Shown here in pieces: positions 12,249 to 23,673 of a stretch of 64,000 nt of DNA (positions are counted from its first letter, which is position 1; each line of letters opens with the position of its first letter). Made by a program: the position numbers and the translations under genes. The stretch is from Emiliania huxleyi CCMP1516 (Eukaryota). The notes beneath the pieces were generated by a model. The model made no database searches. It was given only the letters and a program-made list of their open reading frames with translations, and was not told the DNA's origin. The stretch spans positions 925,581 through 989,580 of the forward strand of contig NW_005202427.1 of assembly GCF_000372725.1 (NCBI RefSeq), written 5' to 3'.

Positions 12249-12388
12249 CACACCCAGGGCCAGGGAGCCTAGTGCAACCAACGCGACCAAAGGATATCAA
12301 CCTCGAGAACCTCGAGAGTGCAAGCTCCAAAAAAGAAATTGGCCAGCGCGGTTTTGGCCATTTTTGCTTGCTGGTCAAATCGCAGTCA

Positions 12389-13451
12389 ATGTCGACGCCC
12401 AAGCTCGGGACCGACGATGCGTGGTGGGGAGCGGGGAGCCGCTACGACGCCACGAAACGCGCGATCGAGAGCATAGGCCTCGAGGAGCGTTGGTGCGAAG
12501 TTCTCAAAGCGGCAGGCTACGATGATCTGGACCTGGCGAAGCTTGGCTCGATGGACAGCGTGCAGCTCGGGACGCTGGGTCAGCGGCTGGGCATGGACGA
12601 CGCGTCGAGCGTCGCCTTTGCCAGCCGCTTTGGCGATGCGGCCCGCGTCGAGGCGCTCAAGATGGTTGAGGCGATCGGCGGCGACAAGGCGTCCCTCGAC
12701 GAGAAGGTGGAGAGGCTGAAGCAGCAGGCGGAGGAGGAGGAGGCGCTGATCCGGAAGGCGGCGGCGATGCTCAACAACCCCCGTGTCGTCGACACCACCG
12801 TCGAGCAGCGCATCGACTTCCTACGCTCCAAGGGCCTCACAGCCTCGCAGGAGCGCTCTTCCCACGCTCATGAGCACCCCGCCACGCAGCAGAGGATCCC
12901 CCGCGCTGACGCACCGCCAGAGACTGCCTCGCCCCTCGCCCTGGCGCAGATCTCGCGCGCCCTCGAGCGGGCCGGCCTCGACCTCGCGGAGATGGAGCCC
13001 CTCGCCGCGGCGATGGGCATGGCGGCTCGCGGCCCCTAGAAGCGGAAGACGGATTCTTGTGCTCCACCCAGCGATCGAGAGGACACGGACTAAACTGTCC
13101 TCGATCGTACTCGGCTGGGTTTTCACTGTAGTCGCACCCCTCGGTATTCACGCGGTGCTCTGAAGACACTGCACGATCCCGTACTCCCGCCCTGAGGTTG
13201 GCGTATTCAGCACGCAGGCTCTCGGCAAAGCACGCGGCGGAGGCACCGGCCGGGGCGCACCAGCGACAAAGGCGGCGGGGGCGAGCGATGAGGGGGAAGC
13301 GGCGGCGGCCGGCGAGGCGGCTGCGGCCGGCATGGCCATCACAAAGCCGGTGGCCTTCCCCGAGGAGAGGTTCGCAGCCGCGGTGCGCAGGGCCGCGACC
13401 GTCGACCCCGACGCGCCGTTTCCCGGACTCAGCCGGTGCCCCCCCCCCTCA

Positions 13452-13504
<53 letters not shown>

Positions 13505-13512
13505 CACACACA

Positions 13513-13544
<32 letters not shown>

Positions 13545-14320
13545 CACACACGCACGCACACACCGCCCCGCCCGCCCGCCTCCCTCCCTCCCCTGGCACC
13601 TCCTGCCGGGCAGAGGGGGAGGGGAGCTTGACGCGAGCTTGACGCGAGCTTGACGCGAGCTTGACGCGAGGCGCAGGTGCCTCCTCTTCTCCGTACCGCT
13701 GCTGCTGCTCTGTGGCGGCGCAGCCTATGCCTTCTACGACCCTCTCGTCTGCCGCCGGTAGATGCCCGCACAGGCGGCGCGTTGTGGCGCACGAGGACGT
13801 GTGCTTGTGGCCCCTCGTGGCCTGCGCAGTGCTCTCCCCTCCTCTTCTCCCCTCTTCTCCCCTCTTCTCCCCTCCTCTTCTCCCCTCCCCTCCCCTCCTC
13901 TCCCCTCCTCTCCCCTCCTCTTCTCCCCTCTTCTCCCCTCCTCTCCCCTCTTCTCTTCTCCCCTCCCTTCCTCTCCCCTCCTCTCCCCTCTCCTCCCCTC
14001 TTCTCTTCTCCCCTCCTCTCCCCTCTTCTTCTCCCCTCCCCTCCTCCCCTCCTCCCCTCCTCCCCTCCCCTCCCCTCCCCTCCCCTCCCCTCCCCTCCCC
14101 TCCCCTTCATAGCCCCTCCTACCCTCTACAGCCCCACCTCGCAAAGGTGCTCGCCACCGCGCCGCTCGTCGCCCCCTACTACCCCCGCGCTGCGAGGGAG
14201 CTGACGCGGCTGCGCGCGAAGGCGCAGACACAGCCGAGATCACGGCGAGATCGGACGAGATCGCGCTCTCCCTCAGCCGACTGACCACGCATCCTGCAGG
14301 AGGGCCCATTCCGTACGTTC

Positions 14321-14381
<61 letters not shown>

Positions 14382-14838
14382 AGGGGGGGGGGGGGGCTAG
14401 CGCCCGCAGCGGCCCCAGTGGACTCCCCCTCGCGCCTTCCGAACCCCACGACTCGGCTGTCTTTCGGCTGTGTCTCTCGGCTACATCTCGGCTGCACTCT
14501 CTCCCCCTCAGCCTCGACCACGCGTCCTTCTTCTGAGATTGCCCGAGATCGCCCGAGATCGCCCGAGATCACCCGAGATCACCCGAGATTGCCCCGCAGG
14601 CGGCGCACGCCGCGCGGGTGGAGGCGGCGCGGCCCGCTGCAAGGTGAGCCGCGCGGAAGGAGGAAGGGGCTGCGTGGGCCCCGTCCGCGACATGTCCGCG
14701 ACACGTCCGCCTGCTCTCGCCCGTAGGCAGGCTGTGGCGGAGGCGGTCAGCCGGGCGCGGGCGTCGGTCGAGGGCGGAGGGGCGGGCCGCTGGAGCAGCC
14801 TCTGGGGCGGCGAGGAGGAGGAGAAGGACGAGGTCTGA
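12389..14838 (+). CDS. SAM-like + Pex14_N-like domain protein, multi-exon
   Basis: IGLEERW..LKAAGYDDLD (SAM-like); AAAMLNNPRVVDTTVEQRIDFLRSKGLTASQ|ISRAL (Pex14_N-like) after removing intron 12851-12949; intron 13025-13217 removes the TAG at 13037-13039 and joins downstream exons ending EEEEKDEV*. Confidence 0.65.
13025..13217 (+). mobile_element. Introner-like repeated intron, copy 1 (GC-AG, 193 nt)
   Basis: Colinear similarity to intron 35150-35341; intron start GCTC equals next exon start GCTC. Confidence 0.7.
13451..14107. repeat. Intronic (CA)n/(CACG)n and (CCCCT/CTT)n low-complexity tracts
   Basis: Direct reading. Confidence 0.9.
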
Positions 14839-15108
14839 GGGAGAGAAGGGGGGGAGGGAGGTGGTGGGGGGAGGGGGAGGGGGGGGGGGGGGAGGGCACC
14901 CCCTGAGCGGGAGCAGCAGCCTGCACGTACGGCTCTATGTACGTACGCCCGTGTGTTGAGGGGTTTGCAACCCGGGGAGGGATTCGGGGTGCGGCGTCGG
15001 GGGAGACGGAAGTCGTGCTGAGCTGAGAGCGTCTCTCTCACGCTCGCGCCGGCCGTGCGTGGGATGAGATACTCCCCGGCGTAAGGCGCGCGCGGCATGT
15101 GTGCAGGC

Positions 15109-15180
15109 TAAATAAATAAAACGGACACCTCTACTAGGAGATGGGTAAAAAGGAACAGGTCCCCGCCCTGCGGTTACAGC
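15109..15180 (-). mobile_element. 3' end of non-LTR retroelement with (ATTT)n tail
   Basis: Essentially identical to 23000-23068; imperfect TSD TGTG(C/T)AGGC at 15100-15108 and 15181-15189. Confidence 0.75.
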
Positions 15181-15405
15181 TGTGTAGGCCCCTATGTATT
15201 TTACTCGGAACTCAAGGATCAAGCTCCGGGGAGCTTCACACCGTTCACGCTGGTGTGTAATCTGTGTACCTTAAGGTACTCTAATAATGGATGTCTGCGG
15301 AGATTCTGTCTTAGCACACACAGTGAGTCATTCGGAGTCATTCGATGGCCAGAGTGCGATTGTGTGTGTGCGGGAGTTGGTTTGTCGGGAGGGAGGGGCA
15401 GGCTG

Positions 15406-15544
15406 CTCACCCACGTTCACCGGGCCAGTGCTTGCACTTTGAATGCCTCGGGCTCCTGCCCGTGTCCGGGCGTGGAGATGCGAGGGTCGCCCCCCCTTGC
15501 CCCACCACTTTGTGTGTGTGGAGAAATCTACCTTACCTTACCTT
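15406..15544 (+). mobile_element. 3' UTR and (TTACC)n tail of the same family as the SET-domain retroelement
   Basis: Similar to 34258-34391 (CTTGCACTTTGAATGCC...CCCCTTGCCCCACCAC...GTGTGTGGAGAA..TACCTTACCTTACC). Confidence 0.8.
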
Positions 15545-15787
15545 GTGTACTCTATGGTGAGTCCTTCCCGCATCCCGGAAGCTCAAGTTGATCAAACTAA
15601 CAGACAACACACGCGACACGCACGCACACCATCGAACACCAGGCACCACGCTCGTTTTGGACCCAGCGGAGCTCCACACGACCGAAATCCGAACGACCCG
15701 CGCCCACGGCCCACCGCCCAGACCCGGCAGACGAAAAACACAGGTACTTTAACAGCAAACACAAAATTACACCGTCAGGGGCGGCGA

Positions 15788-17087
15788 CCCCCCCATCTAC
15801 AGATGATATGCGCATTCTAGATGCCAAACGCCATCTAGGATGCGTTTTCCATCTAAGGACACCGGGTGTCTCCACTATGATTGGGTTCTCCAAGAAGAAG
15901 ATTTAATCATCTTTAGACATGGTGCCCCGCGTCTTTTGATAGCCCGTGACATCTCAGATACTGCAGTCGTCTCCAGACGCACAAGTGTGCCGAGATGATA
16001 CCCTCATCTTGGGGTTAGTCCATGCATCCCAGGATGCAATGTGGCATCTGAGAGGATGCGCAATGCATCTCAGGAACATGAGCGCATTGTCGGATTTGTC
16101 TCGTTCTGGCAGCGTCGGCGCCGGCCTGCTCCCACGCTGGGGCCACGCATCATGCTGCGCCGCGAGCAATCGCGTAACGGGAGGCTCTTGGAGCACTTGG
16201 AGTGCAGTCATTAGCCTCACATCCAGGGCCGGGGAGCTAAGGAGCGCACCCAGCGGGCCGGATGATCGGGATCGGGTTGCGGGCAAGAGAGCCCTAGCCC
16301 CGGGGGTGCGCGTTCGCAGGGCAAGGGCCTTAAAGTAAACACGGGTCTCCGAGGGTTAGTCCGCGCTCCAGGTTTCCCCTAGCAGCGGAGCGCCCCCAGG
16401 CTTGCTGGCTTTTTGTGGCTTTTTGGACGGCTTTTTTTGCTTCTCCCGCCCTCCCACCCCCCCTCTCTAGATTTTTTTCCCAAATTTTCGATCGACACAA
16501 GTGTCCGAGTTTTTTTGCCGAACCCGAACCCGAAATAAACACCAGTCTTACACATACAACCGACCGTCCATAGTGTATACAGTCAGCACATTAGCACAAG
16601 GGCTAAGTGCCCCCCACCATCATTCACTGGCTCCCAGTTCAATCGCCATCAGTAGTATTCCACAGAGTAAACAGTCACATCACACTACATGGCATAGCAG
16701 CTGAGATTAGCATAGATTCAGAGTCTCCACTCCAACTTTGATCCAAGGGCTCACACGCCGCTCAAGTCTTTATAATTTAACTTGCATTTTAATCATCAAA
16801 TGCCAAGCAAGTTGGTTCTCGTGGGATGCGAAGCCGCATCTTCACGGTGACAACTTCAGATGATTCGAGCATCCCAGGATGCGGCTCCCCGGCATCTTTT
16901 AAAGATCATCTTAGCGGTTGAAAAAAGTAAAAACCATCGAGAGATGCTCGAGCATAGGCAAGACAGTGTGCAGTCCAAGTAGGGCGCATCTTAGATCTTA
17001 GATGCATATTATCTCAAGATGCGCAAGGCCAAGGGCAAGCATGCGGCCACATATATCATCTGGCTGTTGTGCTGTAGATGTGGGGGG
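15788..17087. mobile_element. Putative non-autonomous TIR element with subterminal CATC-N4-GATG palindromes
   Basis: Termini CCCCCC(A)CATCTACAG inverted; CATCxxxxGATG-type motifs clustered near both ends. Confidence 0.5.
16188..16398 (+). repeat. ~200-bp dispersed repeat family, copy 1
   Basis: TTGGAGCACTTGGAGTGCAGTC...TTTCCCCTAGC; other copies at 44395-44605 (-) and 56896-57330 (+, tandem). Confidence 0.9.
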
Positions 17088-17274
17088 CGGCTCTTGCTTT
17101 TTTTTCCGGCCTCTTCCCCTCTGTAGTATTCTCTTTCCTAAGACCTAACGCAAATTATACCTCAGGACCGGCTCCGCTGTGCGCTGAGGCGCTGTTCGCC
17201 CCACAGACGCACGAGCGCTGCCAAGAAAAGCAAAGGCGAAAGGGCCGCCGCAATCGCGAGCGGGCGCCTCAGGC

Positions 17275-18565
17275 TCAGCCGACCATGGGTCCCGCATGGT
17301 GGAGGGACATGCGCCAGCTGCCGTCCTCGTGCCGCTCGTAGATGTTTGTGGCGACGAGCTTGCTCTCCCCGGGCTTGACCTGAGGGAGCGACGCGTGCGT
17401 GAGCAGCGAGTGGGGGTGTGGGGGCGGCGGCGGGGCATGTTGGAGCCCCGCCCGGACCTCCTCGATGCAGGTGACCCGAGCGACGTTGGCCGCCGGAGTA
17501 CTGCACCGCACGCTGCTCGCGGCAACCTGTACGGCAGGCTCCGAGAAGGTTCCGAGACAGAAGGTTCCGAGAAGGTTCCGAGAAGGTTCCGAGAAAATGC
17601 CGCCCCGTAGCACGGCCGTGCTACTCCACTGCACCTCGGCTGCTCCTCGGCTGCTCCTCGGCTGCATCTCGGCTGCATCTCGGCTGCATCTCGGCTGCAT
17701 CTTGGCTGCAGCTTGGCTGCACCTCGAGGCCGCCCGCCGGCGCGGAGCGGAAGATGTCGCGCCTGGTAAGGAAGTGGGTCTCGCAAGGGTCTCGGAAGGG
17801 TCTCTGAGTCTACGCGGGGGGGAGAGAGGAGAAAAGGGAGAAGAGGACGAGAGACAAGACGAGAGAGAGAGAGAGAGGGGGGGGGGGGTGGAGAGGAAGG
17901 GAGAGAGAGAGGGAGGGAGAGAGGGGAGAAAGAGGGGCGGCTGTCGCGCCACGAGCTGATCACAGCGTCGAAGCCGACGATGGGCTCGTGGCCCGGGTGG
18001 GCGCAGACAATACTCTCGCTCGGCAGCCACAGTCGCCGCATCGCTGCAGTACACCACAAGCAGACGTGATCAGGGTGGGAAGAGAAGCGCATGCGGCGGC
18101 TGGACAGGTGTGGGGAAGGAGAGGTGGTATGCTGCGAGTGCGGTTCATCCTCTGTTGCATTGCTGCTGCAGCAAGAGAGCTCTCCATCCCGGGCGTGTCG
18201 CGTGCCCTCCACGTCCCGCTCGGAGAAGGCGCGGTAGAACTCAGAGTTCGCGCTCAGCGCGCCGTACTCGCTGTCCATCTGCAGCGCGGCAAGCCGATCT
18301 CGCAGCGCCGCCGCCTGCAGCAGAGCCGACAGTTGTGGTACGGGCAGCCGCAGTTGTACGGCACGGTGCAAACCTGGGAGTAGTCTTCCGCCGCAACCGC
18401 GGCCGACAGCTCTTGCTCCAGCTTTCCGACGGCCTTCTCTTCCGCCTCTGACATGCGGGACGAACGCGAGCGAGAAGGAACAGGAGCAGGCCTCCCAGCG
18501 CGAATAAGCCCGCCACCGCGGTTCGTGGTCCACACCAACGCGAAAATAAGGAGGGGTGAAGTCAT
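17275..18565 (-). CDS. Plastid-targeted UVR (UvrB/C motif) + SnoaL/NTF2-like protein, multi-exon
   Basis: LEQELSAAVAAEDYSQ|AAALRDRL; ANSEFYRAFSERDVE|AMRRLW...CAHPGH; LVATNIYE...WRMSLHHAGP; hydrophobic N-terminus followed by transit-like stretch. Confidence 0.85.
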
Positions 18566-18954
18566 GTGTCTGCTGCTCTCTGCTCCTCAAACAGACCGGG
18601 GTCGGCCTCGGGCGATCGCGCCAGCCGGGTTTCTTTCTGTTTTTCAGTGTATGTAGCTCTTACGAACATACCCGTAGGTGAACTGCTGACGGGGTTTGCG
18701 ATGAGGAGCGATCCGAACGTGGTATTCGGGTGATTAGATCACTACCGCCGAAGCGCAAGCGCTTGGAGCAAGGGAACTGCCACGTATGGGTCCCAGACTA
18801 GCACCCCACCTCGCGAGCCGACGTTCTGGCTCAGCGAGGCTGCTGCGGAGCACTCGGGGCCGACGTTCTGGCCCAGCGAGGCCGCTGCGGGGCACCCGGC
18901 GGCTCGGTTCGCTCATCAGCGCAAACTCGGTCGAGCAGAAAGTAAGGTGTGTGT

Positions 18955-20390
18955 GTAAAGGCGGCGCGGCTCGGTAAGGGTCGGCGGTAAGGCGGCGCGG
19001 CGGCAGCAGACGGCAGGCAGGACATCGGACGGCGGGACATACGGTACGGCGGGCGCGGCACTGTAGGAGCGGCGGTATGGCGGCACGGCGGTTACGGACG
19101 GCAGGGGGTACGGCAGGCTAAACGGCAAGGGCGGCGCGGCACGGAGGAAGGAGCGGCACGGTAAGGAACGGGGGTACGGCAGGCTAAACGGCAAGGGCGG
19201 CGCGGCACGGAGGAAGGAGCGACACGGTAAGGAACGGTGGCGCGACGGCAGACCACAGCGGCGAAGGGACGGCGGAGCATTGGACGGCGGGGAAAGGGTC
19301 GGCGGTAAGGCGGCGCGGCGGCAGCAGACGGCAGGCAGGACGTCTCGGACGGCGAGACAAACGGCACGGCGTCACGAGGAGGTAGAAAGTCGGGCGCGAG
19401 CGGGCGAGGCAGCGGCGAGGCGGCGGGTTGATCACGAGGAAGTAGAAGGTCGAGCGCGAACGTGCGAGCGAGCGGCAGGCGAGCGGCCAGGCGGCGGGAG
19501 GGCGAGGCGAGGGTGGCGGCGGTGGATCACGAGGAAGTAGAAGGTCGAGCGCGAACGTGCGAGCGAGCGGCGAGCGAGCGGCTAGGCGGCGGGAGGGCGA
19601 GGCGAGGGTGGCGGCGGTGGATCACGAGGAAGTAGGAGGTCGAGCGCGAGCGAGCGAGCGGGCGGCGAGATGGATCACGAGGAAGTAGAAAGTCGGGAGC
19701 GGGCGAGCGAACGGCGAGCGAGAGCGGCGAGGCGGCGGGAGGGTGAGGCGAGGGTGGTGGCGGTTCGGATCACGAGGAAGTAGAAAGTCGGGCGGGCGAG
19801 CAAGCGGCGAGCTAGCAGCAAGGCGTCGGGAGTGTGAGGCGAGGGTGGATCACGAGGAAGGAGAGATTCGGGCGATCACGAGGAAGTAGAAAGCCAGGCG
19901 CGAGCGGGCGAGCGAGCGAGCGAGCGAGCGGCGAGGCGGCGGGAGGGTGAGGCGAGGGTGGTGGCGGGAGGAGGGGGCGAGGGCGAGGGCGGGCGGGCGA
20001 TAGGCGGGACGACAGGGCGGCGGCCAAGCTGGCGTGGTGGTCGGCGAGAGGCGGCGAGGGCGGGCAGGCGACAAGCGAGACGACAGGGCGGCAGGCAAGC
20101 TGGCGTGGCGGTCGGCGGGAGGCGGCGGGAGGTGAAAGGCAAGGGCGATGGCGGGCGGGCGAGAGGCGACAGAGACGACGGGTTGGCGGACGAGCTGGCG
20201 GCGGGTCGGCGGGCGGAGGCGGGAGGCGGGAGGCGAGGGCGAGGGCGGGCAGTAGAGCGCGAAGTTGAGACCGCTTGACCTTCGACGGGAAGGTTGCCCA
20301 CCTGTGGCCAGACCAGTGTGAAGGTGAAGACCCCTTACGAGCGGGCGGGCAGGGCGGGCGGGCAGGGCGGGCGGGCGGGAGGGTAGCAGG
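18955..20390. repeat. G/A-skewed degenerate minisatellite (core GATCACGAGGAAGTAGAARGTCG)
   Basis: About 8 core copies at 19371-19895 with GGCGAG/GAGC spacers; strongly T-poor on the + strand. Confidence 0.85.
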
Positions 20391-21233
20391 AGCAGCATCA
20401 GCTGCAACAGCAGCAGCAGCAGCAGCACAGGTTAGGTCAGCCGCGTAGAGGGCAGCGAGGCTGAGGTCAAAGAGCAGCAGGATGTTGAGCCACCACCTCG
20501 TTGGGAGTCAGCGCTGCAGCAGCGCCCGCCTCGTTGAGCATGTTGAAAGCAGAGTTATTGGCGTCAATATGGCGCAGCGCAGAGATGCCAGCACCGCGAG
20601 GAAGTGCAGGACCCGCGTTTGCGGTGCGAGCCGTCGAGGCAGGATCAAGCTGAAGGACTCGAGTGGTTTCCACACTGACATCCTCGCCCAGAGCATTGCC
20701 AGACAGGTTTGCGCCCAGTTTGCAGTCGCTTGGCGTGGTTTGTGCCGGCGCACCAGCCGCAGAGGCAGCGCTGCCGACTCTCATTGGTTGAGCAGCCGTC
20801 GCAGTGCTCGACGGATCGGCAGTGTCGGCGCCACCAGCACCGCGCTCGGTCTCGCTCAGCGAGGCGGCCGAGAGCACAGGCAAGCCGCAAACGCGCATTT
20901 GGGACGCACGTTTTTTGAGAGAGAGAGATTTTTAGGAATACCAAACAACTCTAACACTCACACGTCATTTGGGGCCTGGAGGCCTGTTCACGCGCGCGCG
21001 AGACGTGCAGACAGGGTTGCCAGGTGAGAGCGAATGGCGCGGTTCACGCCTCGCACAACAGAGAGAGAGATGCGCTCTGCATGGTGGGACATAAAAGAAA
21101 GCGAGTACTTGGGCGAGTAGGCCGTGCGGTCGACGCTGCCGCGCGCGACTTTGCGCGCGAGGCGGCGCAGCTTGAGAACGGCGGTGGGCGAGAAGCCGCC
21201 TTTTGTTTTGTTTTTTGTGAGGGGGCGAGAATC

Positions 21234-21299
21234 TCCGCGCCAGTCCGCGCCCTTGTCGTGCCAGTGTGCTGTGAGAGAGGCTTGTATTTGAAGAATTCT
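21234..21299 (+). promoter_or_regulatory. Conserved upstream motif, copy A
   Basis: CCAGTCCGCGCCCTTGTCGTGCCAGTGTGCTGTGAGAGAGGCTT-N7-AAGAATTCT; copies at 52676-52741 (+) and 44114-44190 (-). Confidence 0.55.
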
Positions 21300-21440
21300 G
21301 CTTTGATCTCCAGCGCTGAAAGACTAACAGGGTAAACACCGGCGTAAGTTTATTATTAAACATAATAAATAACAGCATCTCTAGGAGTCAAAAAAAGAAA
21401 AAGGACTGGGTCGGCCCTTGCCGCCGCGCCTTGCGGGTTG

Positions 21441-22841
21441 ATGAGGAAGGATCGGCAGCCGGACTGGCAGGACACAAACGTGGCTCTCATCGGCTCCGAC
21501 ATCGACCGCAAGTGCAAGGAGGCCGCCGCGCACGGCGAGCCGCAGTGGCGGGGCGCCGGCACGAGCGTCGGGCTGCAGCTGTGGCGGATTGAGCAGTTCC
21601 GCGTTGTCCCGTGGCCGCAGAAGAAGTGGGGCAAGTTCCACCGCGGCGACTCATACATCGTGCTCCGCACGTATAAGAAGCCGAACAACAACAAGAAGCT
21701 GGAGTGGGACGTCCACTTTTGGATCGGCAGCGAGTCGTCGCAGGACGAGTACGGCACCGCCGCGTACAAGACGGTCGAGCTGGACGACTTCCTTGGAGGC
21801 GGAGCGACGCAGCACCGACAGGTGGAGGGGGCCGAGGCGCAAGACTTCCTCGACCTGTTCGGCGGCCGGGTCCAGTACCTCGAGGGCGGCGTCGCGACCG
21901 GCTTCAAGAAGACAGAGCTCAAGGAGCGGCAGGCGCGCCTCTTCGAGGTCAAGGGCGGGCGCGGCAACCTGCGGCTGCGGCAGGTCAAGCTCAGCCGGTC
22001 GTCGATGAACTCTGGCGACGTGTACATCCTCGACACCGAGTTCAAGGTGTTTGTGTGGGTGGGCAGCGAGTCGAACGCGGCCGAGCGGGGAAAGGCGGAC
22101 GAGTTGGCCAAGGGGATGGCTGCGGAGCGGGGCGGGGGGACGCAGGTGGTGCACGTGCCGGACGGAGAACCAGACGAGGAGGACCCCTTCTGGAAGGAGC
22201 TGCCCGGAGAGCGACGGTTTCTCGGCATCAAGGTCGGACGCGTCTCGGTGAAGGGTCAAGAGGCGGGCGGCGAGGACGCGGCTGTAAAGGCGCACCAGCC
22301 GCTGCTGCTGCGGCTCAAGGCGGGAGAGCGGGGCGCCTTCTCGTACTCGCGCGCCGGCACGGGGGCGAAGCTGCCTGTCTCGCGGCTGAAGTCCTGCGAC
22401 GTCTTCCTGTACGACAACGGCTTCGAGATCTTCTTGTGGGTGGGAAAGGGCGCCGACCAGCAGGAGCCAGATCTCCCCACATCTCCCCATATCTCCCCAC
22501 ATCTCCCCATATCTCCCCACATCTCCCCATATCTCGGCTTGTTCCACGACCGTCTCAAGCTGCTCGCCATCACTGACCCTACCCCTACCCCTCACCGGCG
22601 GGAGCGGTCAGCGCCTTCCCCATATCTCCCCATATCTCCCCATACCTCCCCGCAGGAGCGGGTCAGCGCCTTCCCCTTCGCGCAGCGATACCTCAAGGAC
22701 TACCGCCGGCCGTCCGTGCTGCCGATCACGCGCTACGCGGAGGGGAAGGAGGCGCCGCGCTTCATCGAGCAGTTTGGGCCGCCCGCGAAGGGGTGCTTCG
22801 CCGACCCCGGGCAGTATGTCGCCCATTGCGTCTGCATGTAG
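21441..22841 (+). CDS. Gelsolin/severin-type actin-binding protein (3 gelsolin domains)
   Basis: GLQLWRIEQF, GKFHRGDSYIVL, VHFWIGSESSQDEYGTAAYKTVELDDFLGG, MNSGDVYILD; intron 22464-22655 (GA-AG). Confidence 0.95.
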   Translation: MRKDRQPDWQDTNVALIGSDIDRKCKEAAAHGEPQWRGAGTSVGLQLWRIEQFRVVPWPQKKWGKFHRGDSYIVLRTYKKPNNNKKLEWDVHFWIGSESSQDEYGTAAYKTVELDDFLGGGATQHRQVEGAEAQDFLDLFGGRVQYLEGGVATGFKKTELKERQARLFEVKGGRGNLRLRQVKLSRSSMNSGDVYILDTEFKVFVWVGSESNAAERGKADELAKGMAAERGGGTQVVHVPDGEPDEEDPFWKELPGERRFLGIKVGRVSVKGQEAGGEDAAVKAHQPLLLRLKAGERGAFSYSRAGTGAKLPVSRLKSCDVFLYDNGFEIFLWVGKGADQQEPDLPTSPHISPHLPISPHISPYLGLFHDRLKLLAITDPTPTPHRRERSAPSPYLPISPHTSPQERVSAFPFAQRYLKDYRRPSVLPITRYAEGKEAPRFIEQFGPPAKGCFADPGQYVAHCVCM

Positions 22842-23256
22842 AGTAGTGCGGAGCGCGCCCACTCTTTGAGCACATCCGTGAGTCTCGAGAAACCACCCGC
22901 GGCTCCCGGCGAGTTCTACGTGATTCGTGTCAAGTGCCACTAGAGTAGAGAGGAAGAGTGCCGCCTCCCCCCGCGATTTCGACAATTCGTGTCAGTGACA
23001 AATAAATAAATAAAACGGACACCTCTACTAGGAGATGGGTAAAAAGGAACAGGTCCCCGCCCTGCGGTCTTTGTGCAGGGTTCTTTGTGGGTGTGGTCGG
23101 CGACTAGCCGCTAGCCGGGGTCGTCCTCCCGATGCCGGGGGCGACCGGCACTAGCCGTCTTCCGCATGGTCCCTCGGGTCCCTGCTGCTCCTAATCTCGT
23201 CGTACATCCTCCTGCTAATCTCCGCAACATCCTGCTCCCTCCCTCGTCTCGCCCTG

Positions 23257-23673
23257 TGCGACGGTGTATCANNNNNNNNNNNNNNNNNNNNNNNNNNNNN
23301 NNNNNNNNNNNNNNNNNNNNNNNNNNNNNNNNNNNNNNNNNNNNNNNNNNNNNNNNNNNNNNNNNNNNNNNCACGCGACACGCCCGGGATGGAGAGCTCT
23401 CTTTCTGCAGCAGCAATTCAACAGAGGAGGAATTGCACTTGCAGCAAACCACATATCCTTCCACACACCTGTCCAGCCGCAGAAAGCGATTTTCTTCCCA
23501 CCCTGAACACGTCTGCATGTGGAGTACAGAAGCGAAGCGGCGACTGTGGCTCCCGAGCGAGAGTATTGTATGCGCCCACACGGGCCACGAGCCAATGTTT
23601 ATCATTGACGATAGGAAAAGGTAGAGGAGCGGGATATGCAACGGTGGCATAAAGTGAATGATACACCGTCGCA
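23257..23673. mobile_element. TG...CA palindromic MITE with 5-bp TSD CCCTG, spanning the N gap
   Basis: TIR TGCGACGGTGTATCA; TSD 23252-23256 and 23674-23678; related copy at 58555-58643. Confidence 0.75.
23272..23371. other. Assembly gap (100 N)
   Basis: Direct reading. Confidence 1.

Noticed and set aside
13148..14726. ORFs of RGEE, PLPS, CV and HT repeats
   Set aside because: Translations of intronic microsatellites
19371..19895. Repeat-spacer array
   Set aside because: Spacers are related low-complexity sequence of irregular length
20467..20898. 143-aa ORF as a gene
   Set aside because: No domain, apparent frameshifted continuation into the minisatellite; insufficient support
23372..23600. 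Second functional SnoaL gene
   Set aside because: Short fragment next to a gap, with a damaged acceptor and a low-quality appearance
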